From: Felis catus
Taxonomy: Eukaryota
Length of the DNA: 64,000 nucleotides
Assembly (NCBI RefSeq): GCF_018350175.1
Contig: NC_058376.1
Span: forward strand, 1,922,001 to 1,986,000
Direction of reading: 5' to 3'
Shown: positions 48,437-60,239 of the stretch, piece by piece
Layout: each line of letters begins with the position of its first letter
How positions within the stretch are numbered: position 1 is the stretch's first letter
The notes under the pieces: generated by a model
Told to the model about the DNA's origin: nothing
Seen by the model: only the letters and a program-made list of their open reading frames with translations
Database searches by the model: none
Position numbers and translations under genes: made by a program

Positions 48437-49300
48437 TCAGCAGCAGGACTGGCCCGAGGCAGGGCCACAGCAGGCAGGGCGGGGGCACACGGGGCGGCAG
48501 AGCAGGGACACGCAGGAGGCAGGGCGGCAGCAGCTGGACCTGCAGGAGGAGGCAGGGGCGCAGCAGGAGGGCCTGCACACAGGGCAGCAGAGCAGGGACA
48601 CGCAGGAGGAGGGTCTACAGCAGGGGCTGGGCTGGCAGCATGAAGAGGTTGTGCAGGGGGAGTCCTCGCAGCAGACAGGGGTGCAGCACACAGGCTTGCA
48701 GCAGACAGGGGTGCAGCAGACGGGCTTACAGCACACAGGGGTGCAGCAGACGGGCTTGCAGCAGACAGGGGTGCAGCAGACGGGCTTGCAGCAGTCTTCC
48801 TGGCAGGGGGAGGAGGTGCAGCAGGACGGCTGGCAACATGAAGAGGTTGTGCAGGGAGAGTCCTCGCAGCACACAGGGGTGCAGGAAAAGAGCTTGCAAC
48901 AGACAGGGGTGCAGCAGGTGGGCCTGCACACGGGACGGCAGAGCAGGGACACGCAGGAGGAGGGTCTGCAGCAGGGGCTGGGCTGGCAGCAGGAGGGGGC
49001 TGAGCAGGGGGAGTCCTCGCAGCAGACAGGAGTGCAGCAGACGGGCTTGCAGCACACAGGGGTGCAGCAGACGGGCTTGCAGCATTCATGAGTGCAGCAG
49101 TCTCCCTGGCAGGGGGAGGAGGGGCCGCACAGGAGGGTCAGGCAGGGGGCGGGGGCGCAGCACGGGGGCTCGCAGCAGCTCTCTGGGCAGTCGTCCACCT
49201 GCCAGGAGGAGTCGGGGCAGGAGTCCGAGGCCCCGGGCAGGCAGACGCGGCTGCCATAGCTCAGGTCGCTGGAGCAGACGGACAGGGTGGACGCGGCCAT
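48437..49300 (-). CDS. KRTAP10: Keratin-associated protein 10 family member, 287 aa
   Basis: ATG at 49300 (MAASTLSVC...), ends GPASGQSCC. TATAAAA at 49399-49405, AATAAA at 48163-48168. Confidence 0.95.
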   Translation of the reverse strand: MAASTLSVCSSDLSYGSRVCLPGASDSCPDSSWQVDDCPESCCEPPCCAPAPCLTLLCGPSSPCQGDCCTHECCKPVCCTPVCCKPVCCTPVCCEDSPCSAPSCCQPSPCCRPSSCVSLLCRPVCRPTCCTPVCCKLFSCTPVCCEDSPCTTSSCCQPSCCTSSPCQEDCCKPVCCTPVCCKPVCCTPVCCKPVCCTPVCCKPVCCTPVCCEDSPCTTSSCCQPSPCCRPSSCVSLLCCPVCRPSCCAPASSCRSSCCRPASCVSLLCRPVCPRPACCGPASGQSCC

Positions 49301-49337
49301 GGCGGGGGCGGTGGGGCTGGAGGAGGGAGTGGGTGTG

Positions 49338-49378
<41 letters not shown>

Positions 49379-49398
49379 AGCTCCGGCTGTCTGTTGGC

Positions 49399-49487
49399 TT
49401 TTATACCTCTCAGGTGTATGTTGTCCCAGCCGACGGCTCACATGTCTCCTTCCTTGTTGGTGTTTTGGGCTGTGAGGACTGTCATTA
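49399..49487 (-). promoter_or_regulatory. KRTAP10 proximal promoter
   Basis: TATAAAA 49399-49405; CTTCCTTGTTGGT 49449-49461; GTCATTA 49481-49487. Confidence 0.7.
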
Positions 49488-50526
49488 GGGCCTATTCTGT
49501 TGTCGTGTCATGGTCTTGCCTCAGCTTGTAAACCTAGGACAGCGCTCGTCAGGGCTGTTGTCCCTGGCATGAGCCTGGTTCCCCTGGGACACCTGCAGGG
49601 AAGGCATAGCCTCTCTGCGGCTGACTCCGCGGCTCCCACCTGGCCGGTCATGTGCCGGGGCCCCAGGTGACGGCTCTGGGCTCACATGCTGTGCTCCTGT
49701 GGACCCAGCCTGGACCTGACCTGGAGCAGCTGGGCTGGCCCATGATTGGGAGAAAAGAGGACAGAGGCGCATGTTGTAGGGCACAGGCAATGTGGGGCTG
49801 ATCCCTCTGAGTCGGCTTATGAACTTCTGTGGTCCCAATGTCAGCCATGGCCAGCAAGGAGGGGGACGTCCTCAGACAGGACTGGACCTCCCTTCCCCAA
49901 GGAGGAGCTGGAATGTCCCAGGAGGCCTACACTCCTGGGTCATTAGGAGAAGCAGATTCAGGGACTGACCTTTGGTTCCGAAATCTCGTTCCCCCGAGCC
50001 TGTGGTCAGTGGTCCTGGCAGAGGCAGGTCCCCGCTTGGGGCCTGAGGGTGGGGTGAGATTTAATCTGGAGGAGTGGGCGTGGAGCAAGGGTGATATGGG
50101 GACCGTCCATCCAGGACCTTCCATCATTGCTGTATTTCAAAATTCAAAGGGAATCTTTTTGGAATACAAATTAAGGATGTTGAACTATAAAAAATGTTGA
50201 CAATGTGCCTGATGGATGAAGGTCAATGAAATTGATAAAGTCCTCACAATGAAAGCAGGAGAGGGTACGAAAGAGTCACACACAACGTTCAAGACATTCA
50301 AATTTCCACTAAGCACATGGCAACTACTTGAGTTTAGTAATAATCAAATATTCTCAAAGTAAAACAAAATGTCCTACCTGTGAGCTCAACAAGATTTACG
50401 ACGTTGATCACTTCCAGTGCTGCTGAGTGTGGGGGCTCACTCCCAGAAGCCCCTAGCAGGCATGATTTTTACAAACAGAACCCATAATATATAAAATTTA
50501 TGATCATATCCATTTTATTATTATTT

Positions 50527-50744
50527 TAAAAAATTTTTTAATGTTTTTTATTTTATTTTTGAGACAGAGAGAGACAGAGCATGAATGGGGGAGGGTCAGA
50601 GAGAGGGAGACACAGAATCCGAAACAGGCTCCAGGCTCTGAGCTGTCAGCACAGAGCCTGATGCGGGGCTCGAACTCACGGACCGCGAGATCGTGACCTG
50701 AGCCGAAGTCGGCCGCCTAACCGACTGAGCCACCCAGGCGCCCC
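50527..50744 (-). mobile_element. Can-SINE
   Basis: Consensus match; imperfect TSD gatc(a/g)tatcc. Confidence 0.93.
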
Positions 50745-52840
50745 AGATCGTATCCATTTTAAAGTGCACAAGTCAGTGGCATTTACAGGAGTCACAATGT
50801 TGTGCAGCCACGACCACTGTCTACTTCCAAAACATTCTCATCAATCCAGAAGGAAATCTTGCACTATCTCGGAGCCCCCCTCCCAGCCCCCATCAGTCAC
50901 TAATCTGCTCTTGTCTCTGTGGATTTGCCCGTTCCACACATTTCACAAACAAGGAATCCCGCAGCACGTGGCCTCTTGTGTCTGGCTACTTTCACTGAAA
51001 ATCATGTTCTCCAGGTTCATCCGCGTTGTAGCAGGTGTCCGTGCTCCGCTCCTGTTCATGGCTGAGTAATATTCCACCAAACAGGGAGACCACATTGTAC
51101 TTACCCGTTCTCCAGTCAGTGGACATTTGGTTGTTTCCACCTCTTGGTTGTCGTGAACAGTGATGCTGTGGACATTTTTGTGCAAGTTTTTGTTGGAATA
51201 GCTCTTTTCGGTTCTCTTGGGCGTATATACCTAGCAGAGGGATTGCTGGGGCAGATGGTCACTCTGTGTCTACCTTTCAACAAACCGCCAGACACTTTCC
51301 ACTGCAGCCGCACCATTTTACATTCCCAGCAGTGAGGTGCAAGACCCCAGTTCCTCCGTGGGCTCCCCAACATCGGTTCTATGGTGTTCGGCATGAAAAA
51401 CATTGGAGCCATCCTAGTGGGCATGAAGTGGCATCTTCTTGTGGTTTGGACGTGCATTTCCCCAATGACCAATGACACGGGGCTTCCTTTTGAGTTCTTG
51501 TTGGCCATTTGAATATTTTCTGTGGNNNNNNNNNNNNNNNNNNNNNNNNNNNNNNNNNNNNNNNNNNNNNNNNNNNNNNNNNNNNNNNNNNNNNNNNNNN
51601 NNNNNNNNNNNNNNNNNNNNNNNNNNNNNNNNNNNNNNNNNNNNNNNNNNNNNNNNNNNNNNNNNNNNNNNNNNNNNNNNNNNNNNNNNNNNNNNNNNNN
51701 NNNNNNNTTAACTTTTGATGAAATCCAATCTATCTATGTGTTCATTTGTTTGGTNNNNNNNNNNNNNNNNNNNNNNNNNNNNNNNNNNNNNNNNNNNNNN
51801 NNNNNNNNNNNNNNNNNNNNNNNNNNNNNNNNNNNNNNNNNNNNNNNNNNNNNNNNNNNNNNNNNNNNNNNNNNNNNNNNNNNNNNNNNNNNNNNNNNNN
51901 NNNNNNNNNNNNNNNNNNNNNNNNNNNNNNNNNNNNNNNNNNNNNNNNNNNNNNNNNNNNNNNNTACTAAATGATACTGATACCCTTGTTGAATATAAAT
52001 TGACCATAGAAATCCATTTATTTCTAGACTTTCAATTTTATTCCCTTAACCTATATATGTAAATCATTATGCCAGTACCACTGTTTTGATTACCGTAGCT
52101 TTGTAGTAAGTTTTATTTCTCCTTTCTAATTCGGATATATTTTATCTTGTTTTCTTACTGAATTGTTCTGGCCAGAACTTCCAGTAGTATTGAATAGAAG
52201 TGGTGAAAGTGGGCCTCCTTGCCTGCTCCTGGCTTAGGGGAAGGCTTTCAGTCTTTTGCCATGGTGGCTGATGTTTGCTGTGGGTTTTTCATCTGCCCTC
52301 TTATTATTTTGAGGAAGTTATTTTCTCACAGTCTGTTGAGGGTTTTACTATGAGAGGGTGTTGCCTTTGTCAAATGCTTTTTCTGTACCAGTGGAGATGA
52401 TCGACTAATGTCGTTTTGCTAATGTCGTGCATTACTCTGGTTTTCATGTGTTGCATCACTCTTGCGTTCCTGGAATAAACCCACTTGGTTATGGTGTATG
52501 ATTCTCTTAAAATGCTTCCAGATTTTGTTTGATTGTATTTTGTGGAAGTTTTAAAAATCTTTATCTGTAAAGATTATTGATCTGTAGGTTTATTTTGTTG
52601 TCTTTGTCTGGCTTTGATATCAGGACCTCACAGAATGATTTAGAAAGTGTTCCCTCATTTTCTGTTTTTTGGAGGAATTTGAGAAAGTTTAGTGTTAATT
52701 GTTTTATAACTGTTTAGCACAACTCATCACGAAATCATCTGGTCCTGGGCTTTACTTGTAGGGGAGGTTTTCAATGACAGTGTTATCTTGTTACTTGTTT
52801 TATGTCTGTTCCAGTTTGTCTATTTCTTCTTAAGTCAGTT
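50745..52840 (-). mobile_element. Old L1 (3'UTR to mid-ORF2), antisense
   Basis: Antisense L1 text throughout; ORF 50943-51185 ...MNLENMIFSESSQTQ (ORF2 end). Confidence 0.88.
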
Positions 52841-54178
52841 CACTCACTTGAGATTCAAAGATACAAATACATTGAAAAGAAAGGATGGAAAAAGATATTT
52901 CATGCAAATAGTAACCAAAAGAGAGCTGGAAGGCTATAATAAAATCAGACAAAATATACTTTCAGTCAAATATTGTTGTAAGAGACAAAAGGACATCAAA
53001 TATTGATAGGGGCACCTGGGTGGCTCAGTCGGTTAAGCATCCAACTTCAGCTCTGGTCGTGATCTCTCAGTTCATGGGTTCAAGCCCCACATTGGGCTCT
53101 GTGCTGGCAGCTTGGAGCCTGGATCCTGCTTCAGATTTTGTGTCTCCCTCTCTCTCTGCCCCTCCCCAGCTTATACTCTGTCTCTGTTTCTCAAAAATAA
53201 ATAAAGCATTAAAAAATATTGATAAAAGTGTCAATATATCAAGAAGATATGACAATTATAAACACATATTCACCCGGTAGCAGGCCCCTAAAATATACGA
53301 AGCAAAAATTACAGAATTGAAGAAATAGTTTCAGTTCTACAACAATAGTTGGAGACTTCAATAAGTCATATCCACTAATAAAAAAATGACATAATAGAAC
53401 AACTAGATCAAAGATCAATAATGAAACAAAGACTATAAACCAACTAAATCCATGGCATATACAAGACATTTAACTCAACAACAGCAGAATGCGTGTTCTT
53501 CTCAAGTGCCCATGGAACATTTTCCAGATTAGACCATATGTTAGGACACAGAAAAAATCTTAGTAAATTTTAAAAGACTGAAATCATACAAAGCATCTTC
53601 TCTGACCACAGTGGAAAGAGACCAATAACAGAAGAAAGATAGGAAAATTCACAAATATATGGAAATAAAACAACACACAGTGAAACAATTAATGGGTCAA
53701 AGAAGAAATCACAGGAGAAGTTAGAACGTACCTTGGGATGAAAACACAATGAACCGGTACTTACAGGATGCAGCAAAAACAGTGCTCAGAGGCAGATTCA
53801 TAGCCATCAACACTTAATTTAAAAAGAAGAAACATTTAAATCCATAACCTGACTTTACATCTTAAGGAACTAGAAAAAGAAGAGCAGACTAAACCCAAAG
53901 CTGGCAGAGGAAGGAAACAAAGCACAGATTAATGAAAGAGAGGGGTAGGAAAACCACAGAAAGAATCCATGAACCCAAAAGTCGGTTCTTTGAAAAGAGC
54001 AACAGAATGAACAAACCTTTAGACTAAGAAAAAAAGAGAGAAGACTCAGATTAAAGAAAAATGGGGACATCACTCCTGACCTTACAAAAAGATAGAAGAG
54101 TATTGTGAACCACTGGACACCAAGGAATTAGATGCAACACACAAACCCTTATAAACACACACACTACCCAGTCCGACA
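52841..54178 (+). mobile_element. Old L1 ORF2 endonuclease region, sense (inverted segment)
   Basis: ggatggaaaaagatatttcatgcaaatagtaaccaaaagagagc, ggagacttcaata, tctgaccacagtgg: the WKKIFHAN, GDFN and SDH motifs of the L1 endonuclease. Confidence 0.9.
53009..53216 (+). mobile_element. Can-SINE nested in the inverted L1 segment
   Basis: Consensus match; TSD aaatattgata. Confidence 0.93.
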
Positions 54179-54239
54179 CCCTTGCTAGAGTTCTTCATCC
54201 CTAACTATGTCTCCAAGTTTAGTGCCCTTTTATTTCTGC

Positions 54240-55990
54240 CCAAACGGTCATTTCTTGTGGGGCAGATATATCCACTAATAATGAGCTCTTTTAACTTTCA
54301 TTTACCTGGAAGTGTCTTAATCTGTCCTTCATTTGGAAAGTGTATGTCTAACATGGACTTCTTGGTTGGTGGTCTTTTCGGGACTTTAAACACATCATCC
54401 CACTGCCGCCTCACCTCGCATTTCTGATGAGGAATTGGCTATTATTATTCCCACTTGCTGCTTTTAAGATTCTCTTTGCCTTTGCCTTTGGATAGTTTGG
54501 TGATAATGTATCTTGGTGTGGATGTCTCTGAATTTATTCTACTTGGAGTCCTTTGAGCTTCCTGTATGTGTAGCTTCCTATGTTTCTTTAAATTTGGGAA
54601 CGTTTTGGCCATTATTTCTTCAGAATTTTTCCTGCTCCTTTCTCTCTCTTCTTTCTTTTGGAGATTCCTGTCAAGTGTATGTTGGCCTACTTGAAGGTGT
54701 TCCCACAGATCTTGTGGTCTCTGTTCATTTATCTTATTCCTTTTCCCTATCTACTCCTCGTACAGGAGTATTTCAACTGGACTGTCTTCATATTTACTAA
54801 TCCTTTCTTCTCCTGATCACATGTGTAACTGAGCCCTGCTGGTGAAGCTATCGGTTCAGTTATTGTGACTCATTCAGTGACCCTAGAATTTCTTTTTGGT
54901 TCCTTTTTATACTTCTGTCTCTTTATTGACATTCTCAGTTTGATGAACATTATTCTCTTGGTTTCTCTTAGTTCTTTGTCCACGGTTTTCTTGAACTCCT
55001 AGAATATATTAAGAGTTTATTTAAAGGCTTTGTCCAAAAAGTTCAATCCCTGGGCTTTTTCAGGGACATTTTCTGCTAATTGCTTTTTTCCCCTGTGAAT
55101 GAGCCATCCTTTCTTCCTTCTTTGCACACTTCATAGTTTTTGTTGAAAACCAGAGATTTCCAATATTATAATGTAATCATTCCAGATATCAGATTCTCTC
55201 CTTCCCTATAGTTTGTTGTTGCTGATTGTTGTGACCTGTCATTGTGTTTTGTTTAGTGAACCTTCTAAACCATTTTGTAACAACTATACTCTTTGTCAGG
55301 TGTGGTCGCTGTTCCATTAGCTTAGTGGTCAGATAGTGGTTTGGCAGAGAGTTCCTTGAACACCTGGAACCAAACAGTATTTGTGTCCAGTCTTTGTGGC
55401 TGGACTCTGCTTGTGTGTTGGGCTATGCCCACAACCCTGGGCTGGGCGTTTACAGCTCTTCACCTCCACTTCCTGCCTTTCAGAGCGGGAGTGCAGCCAG
55501 CAGTGAGTGCGTGGGGCCTTCTCAGGTCCTTTCTGAGCACGGGCCCCTCGTGGGCATGGGTGGGGTCTTCTGGACTCGCGGCCATCTGTAGAAGCATTGA
55601 AAGCCCTACTCCCCCAAGAATTTCATTCCCCAGGCTTTCTGTCCTCGGTGTTTTGGGGTGTCTTCTGTTTGCCACAACTGATACCCTTTCCCCAGGCGGC
55701 AAGGGGTTAAGTTGACAGACACTCTGTGTAGCTGCTTCTCTGCCTTGAAAGAGTTCCGAGTTAGGAGAAAGAAAGCCAAGCCTTTGGTGTGGGCGCCTCC
55801 AGAGGCCACTGCACAGACAACCACCCTTCTGGTAGAACAGGGGAACGGGCCCGCTCTCTCCCTCCAGCACCAGGCCCCTCACCGGGACCAAGTCCACCAG
55901 GCTGCAGTCGCTTTTGTCTTGATGACGCATTCCCTTGGTTGTTGTAAACCTTCGGCCATTTCCCACGATTCAGATGAAATTGACTCCCAC
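54240..55990 (-). mobile_element. Old L1 ORF1/5' region, antisense
   Basis: tttcttgtggggcag...ttttaagattctctttgcctttg...tttggccattatttcttca typical of antisense L1M ORF1; the right boundary is approximate. Confidence 0.7.
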
Positions 55991-56309
55991 AGCTTTGCCA
56001 GTTTCTTCAGTGTCTGGGGCTGGGGAGCGGGCCCTTAGAGTTCCCTATTCCCGGTCTTTTCTGACATCACTCTCAGTAGGCACGCTCTTCAAAAGTCCTT
56101 TTGAGGGCACTTGTTGGCATCTCTCAGGAGTTAAAATTGGCAAACGCTCTGACCTGGAAGTCACTTTGGAATTTAGGTGTGGTGAAAACGCACGCCAGTG
56201 CACACAGGCAAGTGGTGAGGACCTCACAGTGCGCTGTTTGTGAAAATCAAAAGGAGAGAGACTTTAGATGCCTGTTCTCCTGTTTCTGCAAAAATAACAG
56301 ACTCTTCTG

Positions 56310-56489
56310 AGAGAGAGAGAGAGAGAGAGAGAGAGCAGGAGAGAGGGGCAGAGGCAGAGAGAGAATCCCAGGCAGTCTCCACGCTCAGCGTGGAGCCTGA
56401 CGTGGGGCTTGATCCCACAGCCCTGAGATCATGACCTGAGTGGAAATCCAGAGTCGGATGCCCAACTGACTGAGCCCCCGAGGCGCCCC
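56310..56489 (-). mobile_element. Can-SINE (older subfamily)
   Basis: (GA)n...gagaatcccaggcag...gactgagcccccgaggcgcccc. Confidence 0.88.
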
Positions 56490-57329
56490 TGTTTCTGCAT
56501 AAGTAAAATGGCGTATCCACACTTTGGGAGGCTATATGTCTAGGCAAAAAGGAACAGCGAGAAGGTATTATTCTCTATCAAGTTGGCAGAGATAGAAGAA
56601 CGTGGGCTCCCCCCTCCCCTGTGGGACAGCCTGCACCTGTGCCCACCCCCTGTGGGACGGAGCTGCTTCTACCCACGGGGGGGGGGGGTGGTGTCTTTGT
56701 TCCCAGCCCAGGTGGTGCCCACAGATTTCCCCAAGAGCAAATCTTCATACCTGTGATGGTGGCCGGACAGCAGAGCGATGGCCCGAGGGTTAGTCACGTT
56801 CAAGAGCCCCCGGCCCCCCAAACGTGGCGATCTAAGCCCCAGAGAAGAGTGGCAGAGGCCCTTGGGCGCTGGCTGATGGTCACGTGCCTCCCCTGAGCCC
56901 CCATTCCCAGATGAGCTGTGGGTCTCTTCGTCAGCAGAACGGCCACAGGACACAGAGGGAGAGAGTGTCAGACATGTGAGGATTCGCTGGGGGTTATTCT
57001 TCAGACGGGGAGCTGCATGGCCTGCCTGACCCTGGGGTTGTGTGGGGCTGAGGGAGTCAGCTCCTCGCCTGTCAGGCCCCGAATGCCCAGGAGGGTCCAT
57101 GGTGTCTGCCTTTCAGGGCATCCTGGGGACACTTTGGGGGCATTTTCGGGGGGGGGCTGCAGGTGTGGTTGGGTCAGGCCTGGAAGGAGTTCACGATGAT
57201 GGATTCACTGGCTGCGAAAGGGAAAGGCTGGCGTGGCTTCTTCCTGAGTCGAGGGTGGCCTTGGGGGTCAGCAGTAAGCAGGGTCCTACAGGTGACGACT
57301 TAAGTGAGATGGGCAGGACCCTGAGGGGA

Positions 57330-57570
57330 AGTTCATGGGCGCGTGGCTGGCTGGGCTGCAGGAGCTCCCACGACCCCGGGGAGAGGGCGGCGAACAGGGA
57401 CACAGCCCAAGGTCTTGGGGGGAGCTGGCTGGCAGCCTGTGGAGCCGCTGGTGTGGCACGTGGGGGCTGGGGGCTGGCGGGAGGTCAGCGTGGAGGTCGG
57501 GGCCGGTCTGGAGGCCCCTTCCTTGGGCGGCCCTTAAATGGCGTCATGGCAGCCAGCCACACGGGTGCCT
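57330..57570 (-). pseudogene. KRTAP12 pseudogene with ATG>ACG start loss and damaged promoter
   Basis: Minus strand from 57461 reads ACG TGC CAC ACC AGC GGC TCC ACA GGC TGC CAG CCA GCT (xCHTSGSTGCQPA), matching the start of the 35617 gene. Upstream 57470-57570 aligns to the 35500-35616 promoter/5'UTR with the TATA region partly deleted. Downstream coding sequence is degenerate, so the left boundary is approximate. Confidence 0.8.
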
Positions 57571-60239
57571 CTCTGCTGTGTTTTCCCAACTTTGTCCCGG
57601 GAGCATCTCTCTGTGGGACGCTCCTCTGGCTGTTATGAACATGTCTGCTTGGAGACCGGTTCTCCAAGTAGGAGAGCTCTTCTGGCTTTGGATAGAAGCT
57701 GCAGGCTTCTAGAGCGTTCAGTGCCTACTACGTGGAGAGCCTTAGCCATGGCTCAGGGGGTGGGTCAGAAACTGCCCTCAGCACTACCTTCGGGCCTGGC
57801 CCCAGTTCCAGGGGACCCTGCTCAGCTCCCCTCCAGCTGTCTCAACCCCCTGCCTCCGGGGTGAGGGGTCCCGGGGCCAGTAGCAGTGTCTGGCCAGAGC
57901 CAGTGACCCCCTTCTAGACCACGCTCACTTCAGTGCCAACCCCCCAGATGCCCACCCAGGTGTCCCCAGGCCTGCCAAGGGCACACATGGGTCCTTCCAC
58001 GGTGTGCCCAGGGTGCACTCCCCAAGGCCCCAGGGGCCCGAGGGCTGGTGGACGGGGCTTGTGAGGAGCAGTGTGGGGCTGGGAAGAGGAGGGCAAGGCT
58101 GCGTTTGCACCCTCACCCAAGGCCCTGACCCTGAGTGTGGGAGCAGTCTGGTCTGTTTTGGGCTGTTGGGCATATGCTTCTCAGCCCCCTCTGCCAGCGG
58201 GGCCCCCGACACCCTGTTTAGCCTGTAGCCTTCTGGTACCTTCCCAGCCATCATGACCACTCTTTGTCTCAGGAGTGTCCCAGCTGCAGCACAAAGCACA
58301 TGACAGAGGCCACCTGGTGGTCGGTGGGGACAGCCACCCCTGCTCAGGTGTGGGCCAGGCTTGGACCCGCCGTGGCAGCCAGGAACTGCCCCGTGGGCAA
58401 AGACTGGCAGGTGCCCTCGGGTGATCGGAGAGCGGGCCCTATGAGAGCCGGTGGCAGGGTGGCCCTTTGGGTGTGCACCAACCACGCCACTTGGCCACTT
58501 GGGCCACGTCACTCAGACCCAGAATCCCGTGTCTCCCGTGACGTGTAAACGTGCAGACAAACATCATCCTGGGGCCAAGAGACGCTTCTGTCACAGAAAA
58601 GGAGTTCTGCCGCAGGGCAAAGTTCACGTCTACGAAGTTTTCCCACAAAGGCAGCAGCCGGAGCACCACCTGGACGGGGCTGGCCGTCCCGTGTGTGGCC
58701 TCAGCTTCCTAGTCGTGAGGGGCGTGAAGAGGTCTGAGAGCAGGGACCACAGTGAGATTAGCTCCCGAGGCCTCCTGGTGCCTACAGCTGTGAGGCCCAG
58801 AGAAGGGCTGGGCCAGGCCACTGCTTCTTGTGAATACATCCACGGAATGGCAGGTGGGCTCAGAGCGTTCAAGACCGTGCGCCTTACGGAAGCGACAGGA
58901 GAGCCCAGAGGGCCCGGGCAGGAGACGCGTACCAGACGGGATCAGCAAACTGGGGCATGGCAGTTTATTAGCACACCTGCAAGGGGTCTACACGGCTGGA
59001 TGGACGGAGGCAAGGGGCCTGAGCCAGAGGCACAAGACCCTGGTTGGTGTGGACAGATACTGGAAGGGTGTTCACCAGCTGGGCTGGCACGGCTCCAGAG
59101 ACTGGAGAGAAGCCCGCAGAATCGCAGGTCACGTGTGCAAACCACTCAGGACAAGTGTTCCTAGGGTGGGGGCAGGGGCCGGGGCGGGACGATCCCGGCC
59201 ACCGTGGTGGGTGACCTCACTACATATCCCCGCCCTTGTCAGCAGGTGCCCTCACGTGCGGCCAATGTCACCCTGACATCAGAGCGGACTGTCACCTACA
59301 GCACTTGGTACATCGTGGCCTGACGGGGTCCTCAGTTCACAGGGAGGGCCCTGCACCATGACTCCGTGTCCCTCATAGCCCCCTGGGCGGAGACTAGACC
59401 TACCAGATGGTGGCCCCCAGAGTCTGGCCCGGGACCACCTGGGGGCCCTGCCACCCACCGTCATACTTTGTTTCAAACCTAGTCGATTTCTTTGAGAGGT
59501 TGGAGCACCGTCTGCCCCGCTCCATCACCTTTCTGCTAAATGGGTAGAGCCCGCGGGAGGACCACAGGGCGACCCCAGGCCCATAGAGGCTGTGAGCCTG
59601 GAGCCCCCAGGCCTGGTTGTCTGGGCCCGGTTTGCCCGGATGGGGCAGTGGGTGGAAACGGGCCAGGCCACGACCCGTGTGCAGGTGACCAGCCTGGGAA
59701 GCCCTGGGCACTGGGCCCACCGGCACGGAGCTTCCTGGGCCAGGGCGTGAGTCCCACCCGTGGCCCTGCCCACACGAGGTAGGCCCTGCCTCTGGGACTG
59801 CTCAGTCCCTCGTTCCTAGAAATGTTTGTGGCTGGAAGAGACCGTGTCTGGGCAAAACCCTGGGGTCCCCGCACCCCCATGAGGGTCAGATGGAAGGAAG
59901 CAGATCAGCTGGCGAAGTGAGTTTATTGGGGTACCCAAGGAGGTACTGACAGGTTAGGAGTCGAGGTCAAGTGACCCAAGCAGAGAAAGGGGGAGGGAAG
60001 GACAGGTGACCCAGAACAGGTGCAGGTGCATCCTGGGAGCAGAAGCCCCGGGAAGCCACGGGGTCAGTATTCCTGGGAGGCAGGAGGTCAAGGTCAGGTC
60101 AGGAGAGTGGACACATGGGGGACCCCGTCCTGGGTGGGGGCAGCCACCTAACACAGGTAGGACTGACTGAGGGGTGGCCAGGAGGACCACAGTCACCAGG
60201 TGGGACCTGAGCCCAGCTGGCCCTGGGGGGACGTGCCCA

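Noticed and set aside
58964-58969. Extra minus-strand AATAAA about 1 kb beyond the KRTAP10-8-like polyA signal, possibly an orphan KRTAP 3' end
   Set aside because: No Cys-repeat remnant or promoter was found upstream; a lone hexamer is insufficient evidence.
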